From an uncultured Alphaproteobacteria bacterium (GTDB taxonomy: Bacteria; Pseudomonadota; Alphaproteobacteria; HIMB59; GCA-002718135), in assembly GCA_902627245.1 (NCBI GenBank), contig CACOIH010000001.1, positions 29,376 to 93,375 of the forward strand: DNA of 64,000 nt. Reading direction: 5' to 3'. How positions within the stretch are numbered: position 1 is the stretch's first letter; each line of letters opens with the position of its first letter. Below, piece by piece: positions 42,832-53,062 of this stretch. The translations under genes were made by a program, and so were the position numbers. The notes under the pieces are model-generated. The model was not told the DNA's origin. It made no database searches and saw nothing but the letters and a program-made list of their open reading frames with translations.

Positions 42832-43488
42832 TTATAATAAATCTCCAATTAAATCATAATCTAAAGCATAAATTTTCTTTAATTTACTAATTTGAGAATT
42901 AGTTAAAGTGATTTCTTTATTCGTTCCACCAGTTTGTATTTTAGGAAATTCTATTTTTTTCTGAAAAAAATTATTTACCCCATCTATAAATATTTTCATG
43001 TTTGAAATATTAGAAATTATTGTAAAATATTCTAAATTATCACCTAGCCAATAACTTTGAGGTAGAAAGTGCTTATTCTCAAATTCATTATTTTCAAGTT
43101 TCTCAATTATTTCATTTAGATCTAAATCCTTAAAACCAACATCTTTGTGATATAATATCCTGTTTTTATAAGCTGATATAAATCTTTTTAGTGGATTTCT
43201 AACTATACAGCATTTTTCATCAACATCAATTTTTGTAAAAGCAGAATAAGAAGGCAAGAAGTTAACTAGATTATTTTTCCAATCAAAATTTTTATACTTT
43301 TCATCAGTTCTAAGAATATATTCTGGTATTTTATCAGATAGAAAAAAATATTTATTTTCTTTTCCTAAATGCCTTAAAAAAAACAATTTTGCTGAAGTAT
43401 TCGCATTTTTAGCAACTGGATAATAAACAAGTTTTCTTTTCGTTTCTTTATTTACAAATATAATATGATTAATATTGTTTTTCTTCAT
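42832..43488 (-). CDS. Sulfotransferase family 2 (carbohydrate sulfotransferase-like)
   Basis: VAKNANTS, VRNPLKRFISAY, HFLPQ, IYALDY. Confidence 0.85.
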   Translation of the reverse strand: MKKNNINHIIFVNKETKRKLVYYPVAKNANTSAKLFFLRHLGKENKYFFLSDKIPEYILRTDEKYKNFDWKNNLVNFLPSYSAFTKIDVDEKCCIVRNPLKRFISAYKNRILYHKDVGFKDLDLNEIIEKLENNEFENKHFLPQSYWLGDNLEYFTIISNISNMKIFIDGVNNFFQKKIEFPKIQTGGTNKEITLTNSQISKLKKIYALDYDLIGDLL

Positions 43489-43503
43489 TTATTTTCTAAA
43501 AAG

Positions 43504-44511
43504 TTAATTTGTAATAACACTCATCCTTGGCTGTGGTTTAAAAAATAAATCAACTTTTTGCTCATTATAATTTTTTATACATGCCCAAGCAATCATAGCG
43601 GCATTATCAGCCATCATTTCTTTTAACGGATAATATATTTCAATATTTTTATTAATAAAAAAATTTTCTATTTTATTTCTTATATATTTATTATTTGATA
43701 CGCCACCTACAATTGATATTGATCTGATATTTTTATTAAAATAATCTAGTCTTTTCAAGCCCCTTTCTAGTTTCTCTATTAGTATCTCAGAAATATTTTT
43801 TTGAAAAGATGCTGATAAGTCTTTTGTAAATTGTTTATCAATTTTATTTTTTTTTGTTAAAAGACTAACGTGAGTCTTAATACCTGAAAACGAAAAATTG
43901 AAATTTTTTTCTTTAACTAATGGTTTTGGTAAGATAAATTTATTTTCGTCACCATTTAGTGCTTGTTTTTCAATTTCGGCTCCACCAGGATATGGTAATC
44001 CAATTAACTTTGCTGTTTTATCGAAAGCTTCTCCAATAGCATCATCAACACTCTCTCCTAATAATTCTATATGGTTCTCATTTTGCATTAAGTAAATTTG
44101 AGTATGTCCTCCTGTTAGAAGTAAAATGAGACTTGGATATTTAATGCTATTATTAAAACTTGTAGAATGGATATGCCCCTCAAGATGATTGATTGGAATA
44201 AACGGTTTTTTAGAAGAAATAGCTAAAGATTTAGTAAAGGTTGAACCAACCAATAAACTTCCTATAAGCCCAGGCCCGCAAGTTGCAGCGAATAAATCAA
44301 TTTTTTGTGGCTCAATGTTCCTCTTGTAAAACAGTTGATTTGTAATAATTTGGATTTTTTCTAAATGTGACCTTGATGCTAACTCAGGAACTACCCCACC
44401 GTGTTTTTTATGAATTTCTTGAGAAAAAGTGATGTGCTCAACTATACTCTTATTTTCCATTACACATACTGATGTTTCGTCACATGATGTTTCTGTAGCA
44501 AATACAAGCAT
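43504..44511 (-). CDS. tsaD: tRNA t6A threonylcarbamoyltransferase TsaD
   Basis: ETSCDET, GGVVPELASRSH, HLEGH, DDAIGEAFDK, DNAAMI. Confidence 0.98.
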   Translation of the reverse strand: MLVFATETSCDETSVCVMENKSIVEHITFSQEIHKKHGGVVPELASRSHLEKIQIITNQLFYKRNIEPQKIDLFAATCGPGLIGSLLVGSTFTKSLAISSKKPFIPINHLEGHIHSTSFNNSIKYPSLILLLTGGHTQIYLMQNENHIELLGESVDDAIGEAFDKTAKLIGLPYPGGAEIEKQALNGDENKFILPKPLVKEKNFNFSFSGIKTHVSLLTKKNKIDKQFTKDLSASFQKNISEILIEKLERGLKRLDYFNKNIRSISIVGGVSNNKYIRNKIENFFINKNIEIYYPLKEMMADNAAMIAWACIKNYNEQKVDLFFKPQPRMSVITN

Positions 44512-44572
44512 AATTTTTTGGTACAGTATTTTACACTGTTAAACAACAATCTAATAATGTTAAAAACAACCT

Positions 44573-45451
44573 ATGAAAAAAATTTTTGATAGTTTTTATG
44601 TTTTTTCCAAATTTTCATTGAGCTTTGTTCTTTTAATGTCTGTTATTTTCTTAATATATCTTCTATATATTAATTATCAAAATGAAGATAAAGTATCTAA
44701 AATTTCTCTAAAGTTAGAAAATGAACTTAAAGCAAATATCAATGAAAATTCAGAATTTATAAAAAATATATCAAAAGAAATACTCCAAACAAAAACAGCT
44801 TTAATAAATATTGAAAAAATTATCGAAGAAAATTCAATTAAAAATTCAGAAGTTGACCTTAAGGAAATCAACGAAAGTATAGCTCTATTAAATAAAAATT
44901 TTAATAATCTTAATTCTGAGATTTCTTCTATAAAAAATGCAAATATCGAATCTAAATCAAAAAATAATCCTGAATTGATAAATCAATCTATAAGCGAGAT
45001 AGTAGAATTAATAAAAATTAAATATGAAAATACTACCAATTTTGATAAAGAACTCAAATATCTAGAAAAAATTTTAGAGAAAGACAATATTCCCATTTTA
45101 GAAAAATTATTGATTTTAAAAAATAATAAATACAAAGGTCATAAATTTTTGGAAAATCAATTTAATGATGAGGTTAATTTGTACTTAAAGAGCATAATTA
45201 ATGTAAACAGTAGTTTTCTAAATAAAATTTTTTTACCATATATTAACCTTTCCCCCACTTCTGAAAACATAATTATTGATGAAAAAATTTTAATATTAGA
45301 AGAGATCAAACTTTACATAAAAAACAGAAACATTAGTAAGGCTTACGAAAGCATAAATAAAATAAAAAATTATGAAGAATTCTTCCAAGTGTCTTTTAAT
45401 GAAATGAAAAATTACAATAATTTTATAATAGAAATATCAAGGATTAAATAA
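44573..45451 (+). CDS. Mic60/mitofilin-like (COG4223) membrane-anchored coiled-coil protein
   Basis: Single N-terminal TM, long coiled coil, helical C-terminus; directly upstream of the hemY-like gene and divergent from tsaD. Mostly a synteny call. Confidence 0.6.
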   Translation: MKKIFDSFYVFSKFSLSFVLLMSVIFLIYLLYINYQNEDKVSKISLKLENELKANINENSEFIKNISKEILQTKTALINIEKIIEENSIKNSEVDLKEINESIALLNKNFNNLNSEISSIKNANIESKSKNNPELINQSISEIVELIKIKYENTTNFDKELKYLEKILEKDNIPILEKLLILKNNKYKGHKFLENQFNDEVNLYLKSIINVNSSFLNKIFLPYINLSPTSENIIIDEKILILEEIKLYIKNRNISKAYESINKIKNYEEFFQVSFNEMKNYNNFIIEISRIK

Positions 45452-46752
45452 TGTATAGATTTTCAATCTTTGTTTTGCAACTATTAGTTTTAATAATAGT
45501 ACTAACTTTTATTTTTACTAATCCATTTGTTATATCTTTAGATATTGGTAATTTAAAATACTCTTTTTCTTCAAATTTATTTGCAACTATATTTATAAGT
45601 TTTATTTTTCTATTATACTTGCTACTTTATTTATTTTTCCGATCAAGGCTTTCATTTGGTAAATATTTACTTAGAAGTAAATATAAAAAAATTGAAAAGG
45701 GATACCTATATTTTGTTGATGCAATGATAGCTATTGCAAATAAAGATAATAAGACAGCCTTAAGATCACACAAAAAAATGAATAGTTATCTTAAAGATGA
45801 TCCATCATTATCATTACTTCTAAAATCTGAGGTTTTAAAAATAGAAAAAAAATTTCCAGAATTAAATAATGTTTATGAAGATATGATAAAATCTAAAAAG
45901 ACAGAGACACTTGGATATAGAGGTTTAATGGAACAAAATTTAAGAGACCAAGATTATCATCATGCTTTTTTGTATGGAGAGAAATTATTTTCAATCAATC
46001 CAAATATTGAAAAATTATATGACACATTAATTTTTATCGCAGCTAAAACAAAAAACTGGAATCAAATAATATTGCTATCGGATAAAGCTTTTGCAAAGAA
46101 AATTATAAGCAAAATTGAGCTCAATGAAAATAAATCTATAGGATATTATGAAATAGCAAAAATAAAGTATGAGAGTGATATAAATGAAGCTTTAAGAAAT
46201 ATTTTGAAAGCAGTAGACCTGAAAAAAAATTTTGCTCCATATATAAAACTTCATTTAGAAATCATTGCTAATTTGAAAGACAAAAGAAAGCTTCTGAAAT
46301 TAACAAAAAAATATTGGTATTTAGATCCGAGTTTCTTACTTAGTTCTATTATAATAAAAATACTTAATGAAAATAATTTAACTGATATAAAGCTCATTAA
46401 AGAAATAATCAAAAATAATTCTCATTTAGATGAATCAAAAAAACTTTTAGTTTATTTTGCTATAAAAAATTCCAAATGGGACATTGCTAGAGAAAATATA
46501 TCGGGTATGATTGGTTCTAATCCATCCAAAGATATTTGTTATTTCATGTCAGATTTAGAGCTTGGAGAAAATAATGATAAACAGAAAAGCGATGCTTGGA
46601 TTATGAGAGCTGAAAATGCAAAATTAGAAAATACTTGGATTTGTAGAATTACCAATCAGTCTCAAGAGGAATGGAGTTCTTTATCTAACTCTGGAAATTA
46701 TAATTCTCTTGTTTGGAAGTCTCCAATGATGATAAGACAAAATAATAATTAG
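45451..46752 (+). CDS. HemY-like TM/TPR protein (alphaproteobacterial type, not the flavin oxidase)
   Basis: Two N-terminal TMs, TPR-like helices (LGYRGL), C-terminal WIC...WS...LVW; no FAD-binding motif. Confidence 0.8.
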   Translation: MYRFSIFVLQLLVLIIVLTFIFTNPFVISLDIGNLKYSFSSNLFATIFISFIFLLYLLLYLFFRSRLSFGKYLLRSKYKKIEKGYLYFVDAMIAIANKDNKTALRSHKKMNSYLKDDPSLSLLLKSEVLKIEKKFPELNNVYEDMIKSKKTETLGYRGLMEQNLRDQDYHHAFLYGEKLFSINPNIEKLYDTLIFIAAKTKNWNQIILLSDKAFAKKIISKIELNENKSIGYYEIAKIKYESDINEALRNILKAVDLKKNFAPYIKLHLEIIANLKDKRKLLKLTKKYWYLDPSFLLSSIIIKILNENNLTDIKLIKEIIKNNSHLDESKKLLVYFAIKNSKWDIARENISGMIGSNPSKDICYFMSDLELGENNDKQKSDAWIMRAENAKLENTWICRITNQSQEEWSSLSNSGNYNSLVWKSPMMIRQNNN

Positions 46753-46753
46753 T

Positions 46754-47449
46754 ATGAAAATGCATTTCTTTATAGGTTACGACTCCAAAGAGGATATAGC
46801 TTACAGGGTTTGCAAATATTCACTTTTAAAAAGATCAAGTATTGACGTAAAAGTTTCTTCACTAAAATTAGATGAACTAATAGCAAAAAATTTATATACT
46901 AGAAGTGTAGATCCTTTAGCTTCCACACAATTTACATATTCAAGATTCTTGGTTCCTAAGCTTATGAATTATCAAGGTTGGGCTATCTTTTGTGATTGTG
47001 ACTTTATATTTTTAGACGACGTTTCAAACTTATTAAAAAATTTGGACAATTCTAAAGCTGTTTATTGTGTTAAACATGATTATACACCCAAAGAAAAACA
47101 CAAAATGGATGGGCAAAAACAAACAATATATCCAAGAAAAAACTGGTCAAGTTTTATTATATTTAATTGTTCTCATCCGAGCACAAAAAAACTTACTATT
47201 GAAAAGGTAAATAGTGAAACAGGTGCATATCTTCATCAATTTAAATGGTGCCATGATGAAGAAATTGGCTCTTTGGATGAAAGATGGAATTGGCTTGAAG
47301 GGTGGACATCAAATCATAGCAACTTGAAACCTTTTGCCGTTCATTATACTCGTGGCGGGCCATGGTTTTCAGAATGGCAAGATGTAGAATTTGCTGATCA
47401 ATGGAAGAGGGAGAGAGATGAATATCTTTCTCAAAAATTTAATTTATAA
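46754..47449 (+). CDS. GT-A fold glycosyltransferase (GT8/CDI-like)
   Basis: FIGYD, STQFTYSRFLVP, DCD (DxD), YPRKNWSS, HYTRGGPW. Confidence 0.85.
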   Translation: MKMHFFIGYDSKEDIAYRVCKYSLLKRSSIDVKVSSLKLDELIAKNLYTRSVDPLASTQFTYSRFLVPKLMNYQGWAIFCDCDFIFLDDVSNLLKNLDNSKAVYCVKHDYTPKEKHKMDGQKQTIYPRKNWSSFIIFNCSHPSTKKLTIEKVNSETGAYLHQFKWCHDEEIGSLDERWNWLEGWTSNHSNLKPFAVHYTRGGPWFSEWQDVEFADQWKRERDEYLSQKFNL

Positions 47450-49228
47450 ATTTAAAAATTTGCTCAACAAATTTTTCTCATTTATTATTTCATTTTTTTC
47501 TATGAAAATTATTGATTTATACCAAGGAGTTCTAATACCTGCTTGATTCCAATAATGAAAAACTGCGTGGTTTGTCGGTCTTATCAATAAAGTTTTAACG
47601 CCTAGTGACCCAGCTAAATGAGCAGTACTATTACTAACAGTTATAAATAAATCTAAATTTTTTAATAATGAAGCCAAATTTTCAAAATCATTAAAAATAT
47701 CCAAATTTTTGATTGTAACTAAGTTTCTATTAAATTTCTTATTAAACAATTTAATCTCATTATTAACGTTTCCATATTGTAAATTTATGAAACTACAATT
47801 TTTAGTTTCAAATAAATTATTTAAATCTTCAAGAACCAGAGATTTTTCGTTTGCATATCTATTATTAAAACTTTTCCATGATAAACCTATTTTAAACTTA
47901 CCTTCAAATTTTTCTAATTTTTCTTTTGATTTTTTTAATAAATTACTGTCAGGTTTTAAGTAATAACCATCATCAAAATCTTCAATACTATTTCTAAAAA
48001 ATTTACCAAGGCTACCAGCATACAAAACTAAATCAAAGTCACTCAGAAGTCTTTTGTTTGATGATATGCTTCCAAATTCTATAAATGAATTTCTGTATTT
48101 AGGAAATGAATTACAGAAAATATTTTTTAATCTTGGGTCACATTCTATAGTAGTATTTTCACAAAATTCTAATAAATCTTTATACATAGTCCCATATAAA
48201 ATTTCATCTCCTACACCTTGTTCTCTAATTACTAAAGTTTTTGATTTTTTATTAAACCTTTTTTTAGATAAAAGTTTTTCTCTTATATTGTTTATTGATG
48301 TATTTTTTTCTACAAAATCTGATAAATTAAGTCTGCCATCGAAATAACTCCATCCTTTTGAATAATTATTTTGACGAAGATAAATCAGAGATAATAATTT
48401 TTGAATATTACCATCTTTTTTATTTAACGAAAGACCCTGCAGACAATATTTTTCAGATGCTTTAAAATCATTAACATCAAAAAAGGCTTTAGCTAAATTA
48501 TTTAATATTGTAGAGTTTTGAGGATTAACTTTTAATGCTTGGAGATATAGTTCTATAGATTTAAGATATTTACCTTCTTCTCTATAAAAACCAGCCAAAT
48601 TGTTAATAATTTCATAGGAATTATTTTTCAAATTATAAGCTTTCAGAAGATAATACTCCGCATTTTTTGAGTCTCTTTTTTCATGATACATCCTTCCCAA
48701 AGAATTTAGGACTGACAAATTATTTTTGTCGATACTTAGTGCCTGCTTGAATATTTTCTCAGATTTATTAAATTCATTTTTATCTAAATGATTTAGACCC
48801 AAAATATTTAAAAATTCTAAATCTTGACCTGTGCTCAAAAAATTTTTACATAAGCTAATTGATTCTTCATATCTTTTTAATTTATATAAAACAAAAGCTT
48901 TATTTTTATTAATATCACTGTCACCCTGTTTATAAATTAACAATTTATTAATTATATTTAGAGCATTAAAATAATTTGCTTCTTGAATATATAATAGATA
49001 TAGATTGACCATAGCTTTATGGTTATTATTTTTTTCTATTAAATATATATAATTATCTTTAGCTTCTTTATTTAAATTAAGTGATTGAGCAACTATCGCT
49101 AAATTAAATCTTAGCTGATCATCATATGGGTTCTTATCAAAAATCTTTTTTAATTTTTTATACGCAGACTTTTTTTTACCTAATGAATATTCTTTTAATG
49201 CTAAATTTATTTCAGTTGAATAGTCCAT
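47444..49228 (-). CDS. TPR-repeat protein with C-terminal GT-B/GT9-like domain
   Basis: Multiple TPRs; EQGVGD, IGLSW, NLQYG, NSTAHLAGSLG, PWY. Confidence 0.85.
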   Translation of the reverse strand: MDYSTEINLALKEYSLGKKKSAYKKLKKIFDKNPYDDQLRFNLAIVAQSLNLNKEAKDNYIYLIEKNNNHKAMVNLYLLYIQEANYFNALNIINKLLIYKQGDSDINKNKAFVLYKLKRYEESISLCKNFLSTGQDLEFLNILGLNHLDKNEFNKSEKIFKQALSIDKNNLSVLNSLGRMYHEKRDSKNAEYYLLKAYNLKNNSYEIINNLAGFYREEGKYLKSIELYLQALKVNPQNSTILNNLAKAFFDVNDFKASEKYCLQGLSLNKKDGNIQKLLSLIYLRQNNYSKGWSYFDGRLNLSDFVEKNTSINNIREKLLSKKRFNKKSKTLVIREQGVGDEILYGTMYKDLLEFCENTTIECDPRLKNIFCNSFPKYRNSFIEFGSISSNKRLLSDFDLVLYAGSLGKFFRNSIEDFDDGYYLKPDSNLLKKSKEKLEKFEGKFKIGLSWKSFNNRYANEKSLVLEDLNNLFETKNCSFINLQYGNVNNEIKLFNKKFNRNLVTIKNLDIFNDFENLASLLKNLDLFITVSNSTAHLAGSLGVKTLLIRPTNHAVFHYWNQAGIRTPWYKSIIFIEKNEIINEKNLLSKFLNL

Positions 49229-49261
49229 AAAAAAAACCCAGTCTAAATAAAGACTGGGTTT
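49229..49261 (-). terminator. Intrinsic terminator of the YccA-family gene
   Basis: 11-bp stem AAACCCAGTCT/AGACTGGGTTT with U-tract on the minus strand. Confidence 0.88.
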
Positions 49262-49280
49262 AGTAAATATTTTTCTTTAA

Positions 49281-50033
49281 TTATCTTCTTTGACCAAATA
49301 ACTGTAGTAAGAGTATAAATAGATTAATGAAGTCTAAATAAAGTTTAAGAGCACCCATCAATGCTTTCTTGGAGCCAACTGCTTCACTGTCTCCACCATA
49401 ATACATATTTTTTATATTTTGTGTGTCATAAGCTGTGAGACCCACAAATACTAAAACTCCTACAACTGATATAGTAAATTGAAGTGCTGATGATCCAATA
49501 AAAATGTTTACAACACTAGCAATAATAATACCAATTAAGCCCATAAATAAAAAACCACCTAATTTGGTGAGATCTCTTTTTGTAGTATAGCCGTATAAAC
49601 TCATTGCCCCAAAAGTTCCTGCTGTAATGAAAAATACCCTAGCAATTGAAGTTTGTGTAAACTCGATGAATACTGAAGCTAATGAAAGACCCATTATACT
49701 TGCAAACAACCAAAACGTGATTTGTGCAGCGCTCACAGACATTTTATTAATTCTAGCGCTTAAATAAAATACAAATCCTAGTGGTGCTAACATAACCACC
49801 CATTTTAAAGGTGATCCAAAAAGTAAAGCTCCAACTTGAGTTATGCCTACTATTTGGCCCATTTCATTAGTAACAATTGAAGCTTTACCAAAAAAATAAG
49901 CTATAAATCCAGTAAGTAATAAACCAATTGTCATATAATTGTAGACCTTAAGCATATATGCACGTAGCCCCTCATCAATTGCTGCCTGGTCTACTGATTT
50001 AGTAAATGATCGTTGATTAAAGTCCAATGCCAT
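49281..50033 (-). CDS. Bax inhibitor-1/YccA family membrane protein
   Basis: DEGLRAYM, YGYTTKRDL, TAYDTQ, ALKLYLDFINLF. Confidence 0.95.
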   Translation of the reverse strand: MALDFNQRSFTKSVDQAAIDEGLRAYMLKVYNYMTIGLLLTGFIAYFFGKASIVTNEMGQIVGITQVGALLFGSPLKWVVMLAPLGFVFYLSARINKMSVSAAQITFWLFASIMGLSLASVFIEFTQTSIARVFFITAGTFGAMSLYGYTTKRDLTKLGGFLFMGLIGIIIASVVNIFIGSSALQFTISVVGVLVFVGLTAYDTQNIKNMYYGGDSEAVGSKKALMGALKLYLDFINLFILLLQLFGQRR

Positions 50034-50103
50034 AAATTCTCCTTTTATTAATTACTAATATCGCTATAAATCTGGTAAATTCAAGGCATTTCAAAAAAAT
50101 AGT

Positions 50104-51156
50104 ATGAAGTATAGAAAATTAGGAAATACAAATATTGATGTAAGTGTAATTTGCTTGGGCACAATGACATATGGTGAACAAAACACACAAGACGAAGGTT
50201 TTGAACAGATGGATTATGCTCTAGACAGAGGGGTTAATTTTTTCGATACAGCTGAACTTTATGCAGTTATGCCAAGAAAAGAGACATATGGCAAAACAGA
50301 AGAAATAATTGGCAATTGGTTTAAAAAAAGAAAAAATAGAGATAAAGTAATTTTAGCGTCAAAAATAGCATCAAAATCTGATGATGGTTTGGAGTGGATT
50401 AGAGAAGGATCCAACTCCTTGGGTTTTGATAGAAAAAACATGGACTCTGCTATTGATAACAGCCTTAAAAGACTAAAAACTGATTACATTGACTTATATC
50501 AATTACATTGGCCCGAGAGAAAAGTGCCTAAATTCGGAGTTCTTGATTTTGAATACGATCCAAAAGATGAGTGGACTGCAATAGAAGAAGTTTTAGAAAA
50601 TCTTGACCGCTTAGTTAAAGCTGGAAAAATAAGGTATGCAGGTTTGTCAAATGAAACACCATGGGGAGTAATGAAATTCTTACAAATATCAAAGGAAAAA
50701 AATTTACCCAGAATGATGTCTATTCAAAATGTGTACAGTTTGGTAAACAGGGTATTTGATGTAGCAAATTCAGAAGTAGCCATAAGAGAAAGTTGTGGCT
50801 TGCTTGCCTATTCACCCTTGGCTGGGGGCAGGCTTAGTGGAAAATACATTGGTAACAAAAAACCACATAATGCAAGATATACTTTATGGCCAAGACGTTT
50901 TAGTAGACACCATACTAAAAGAGGTGAAATTGCAATAGAGTCTTATTTTAGACTAGCCAAGAAATATGGTGTTGCACCTTCAACTTTTGCAAATTCTTTT
51001 GTTAACGATCGACCATTTGTTACAAGTAACATTATTGGAGCTACTACTATGCAACAATTAAAAGAAAACATAGATAGTATAGATCTAACCCTATCAAAAG
51101 AAATACTAAATGAAATTGAAGATATTCATCTTAAAGATCCCAATCCTTGTGTCTGA
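50104..51156 (+). CDS. Aldo/keto reductase (Tas-like)
   Basis: LGTMTYG, DTAELY, DLYQLHWP, SNETPWG, AYSPLAGG. Confidence 0.93.
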   Translation: MKYRKLGNTNIDVSVICLGTMTYGEQNTQDEGFEQMDYALDRGVNFFDTAELYAVMPRKETYGKTEEIIGNWFKKRKNRDKVILASKIASKSDDGLEWIREGSNSLGFDRKNMDSAIDNSLKRLKTDYIDLYQLHWPERKVPKFGVLDFEYDPKDEWTAIEEVLENLDRLVKAGKIRYAGLSNETPWGVMKFLQISKEKNLPRMMSIQNVYSLVNRVFDVANSEVAIRESCGLLAYSPLAGGRLSGKYIGNKKPHNARYTLWPRRFSRHHTKRGEIAIESYFRLAKKYGVAPSTFANSFVNDRPFVTSNIIGATTMQQLKENIDSIDLTLSKEILNEIEDIHLKDPNPCV

Positions 51157-51160
51157 GATA

Positions 51161-53062
51161 CTAATTTAGACAAGGGACTTCCTCTAATTTTACATAGTTT
51201 GAATTAATATTCTTACTTCTGTCTTCAAAACCTTTAATTATTAAAAAGTATTTTATTATGCTCCATATAATATCTACATTTTTTTCTTTTTTAAAATCAT
51301 TTTCTATTTTAGCTACATTCCAATTCATATTTTTAAAATCCTGTTCTTTCAAACACACTTCAATTATGTTTTTTATTTTACTATTGTCATTTTTGTTTTT
51401 ATCAATTGGTAATCCCTGCTTAAAATTTTGATTTAAAATATAATCGGGTAATAAATCTTCATAAGATTTTTTTAATATACTTTTTAAATTTCCTCCTCTT
51501 ATTTTTTGATCTAAAGGTAATGATAATAGAAATAAATAAACATTTTTATCTAAGAATGGTGATCTTATTTCGACAGAACTAGCCATAGCAGCTTTGTTCC
51601 ACTTGTGAGTAAAAAACTGCAAAAATCCACAACTAGACTTAAAAAATGAAAACTGAAAGTCAACTGGAAAGTTGTCAAGTTCATTTATAAAATTCTCAAA
51701 GTAGTAATTTTTATCGGCAAGAATATTATTGTCGAATTCAATATAATCTCCAAAAAAATTAGAAAAGTTTATTATATTATTTAATTCTAGTTTTGCTTTA
51801 TTATTAATACTTGCAACTGAACCAAAAAATTTTTCCATAATTTTAATATTCTCATAACTTTTATAATTATAATTTATTTTATTGATATCAGAAATTGAAT
51901 TGAAATAACTAAAAGCAAATTGAGGCATAAAATTTAACATCCCCAAAAACTCATCTGCTCCATGACCATCTATACTAACATTAATGCCAAGTTCTTTTTG
52001 TTTTTTATATAAATCTATTTGTCTATTATATTCCTCTATAATTTCTAGTTGACTAAATAATTTTTTTAGATCATCGAAATTATATTTTAAATTTGAATTA
52101 ACTATATTATATTTTTTATTATAAAGATTAGAAAGCGATATCGCTTGATCTATTGTTAGATTATTTTCAAAATTTACAATTGTAGGACTAAGGTCTATTT
52201 CTTTATTAAAACCCTTCTCATTTTCTATCATATTTAAAATTGTAAATATAATAGATGAATCAATTCCCCCACTTAATGAAGTCCCAATTTTTATATCTGC
52301 ATCTAGTCTTAGTTCTGTAGCTGTATTTAGTCTCTCAAATAAATCACCCTTATTAACATCAAAGCTAGGATGAACTTTTATAAGATTTTTTAAAGGGTTA
52401 AACCACTGTGTTGTTAAAACTTTTAAGCTACGCAAATCTACTAACAAATAACTACCCTGTTCCAATTGCCTAATTTTATTAAATTTAGTGCCATTAAAAT
52501 TTTGAATTGTTAAATTTGAAAATCCAATCAAGTCATTATTTAATTCTATATTTTCTAGAGCTTGAAAACCTTTTATTTCTGAACAAAAACTGAAGTAATT
52601 TGCATCTTCATAAATATAAATTGGAATACTACCTAAATTATCTTTAGCTAATATTAATTGATCTTTTTTTTTATCAATTAAACAAATTACCCAGTCACCA
52701 TTGAAATAACTAAATGCCTTTGTACCCCATTCAATGAAAGAAACTAATGCTACTTCTGTATCTGTTTTGGTAAAAAACTTATATCCCTTTTGTATTAATC
52801 TTTTTCTTAGTTCAACAAAGTTATAAATTTCTCCATTAAAGGTAATTGCATATCTTTTATCAATAGACATTGGCTGTCTTCCAAGATTTCTAGGGTCCAT
52901 CACTGAAAGTCTAACATGTGAAAGCAAAGTATTTTTATGTTGTAAAAATCCAGCTTGATCAGGGCCTCTGTGGGCAATTAAGCTAGTCATTAATTCTAAT
53001 TTCTTTTTACTAAGATCTCTACTTGACTCATTTTTGGATATAATCCCAGATAAACCACACAT
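51161..53062 (-). CDS. Asparagine synthase (glutamine-hydrolysing)-family amidotransferase
   Basis: MCG Ntn start, HRGPD, NGEIYN, SLSGGIDSS, DGHGADE, EIRSPFLD. Confidence 0.9.
   Translation of the reverse strand: MCGLSGIISKNESSRDLSKKKLELMTSLIAHRGPDQAGFLQHKNTLLSHVRLSVMDPRNLGRQPMSIDKRYAITFNGEIYNFVELRKRLIQKGYKFFTKTDTEVALVSFIEWGTKAFSYFNGDWVICLIDKKKDQLILAKDNLGSIPIYIYEDANYFSFCSEIKGFQALENIELNNDLIGFSNLTIQNFNGTKFNKIRQLEQGSYLLVDLRSLKVLTTQWFNPLKNLIKVHPSFDVNKGDLFERLNTATELRLDADIKIGTSLSGGIDSSIIFTILNMIENEKGFNKEIDLSPTIVNFENNLTIDQAISLSNLYNKKYNIVNSNLKYNFDDLKKLFSQLEIIEEYNRQIDLYKKQKELGINVSIDGHGADEFLGMLNFMPQFAFSYFNSISDINKINYNYKSYENIKIMEKFFGSVASINNKAKLELNNIINFSNFFGDYIEFDNNILADKNYYFENFINELDNFPVDFQFSFFKSSCGFLQFFTHKWNKAAMASSVEIRSPFLDKNVYLFLLSLPLDQKIRGGNLKSILKKSYEDLLPDYILNQNFKQGLPIDKNKNDNSKIKNIIEVCLKEQDFKNMNWNVAKIENDFKKEKNVDIIWSIIKYFLIIKGFEDRSKNINSNYVKLEEVPCLN

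Noticed and set aside
45451-46752. HemY as a protoporphyrinogen oxidase, i.e. evidence of heme synthesis
   Set aside because: TM/TPR architecture without an FAD-binding motif; it shares only the name with the oxidase.
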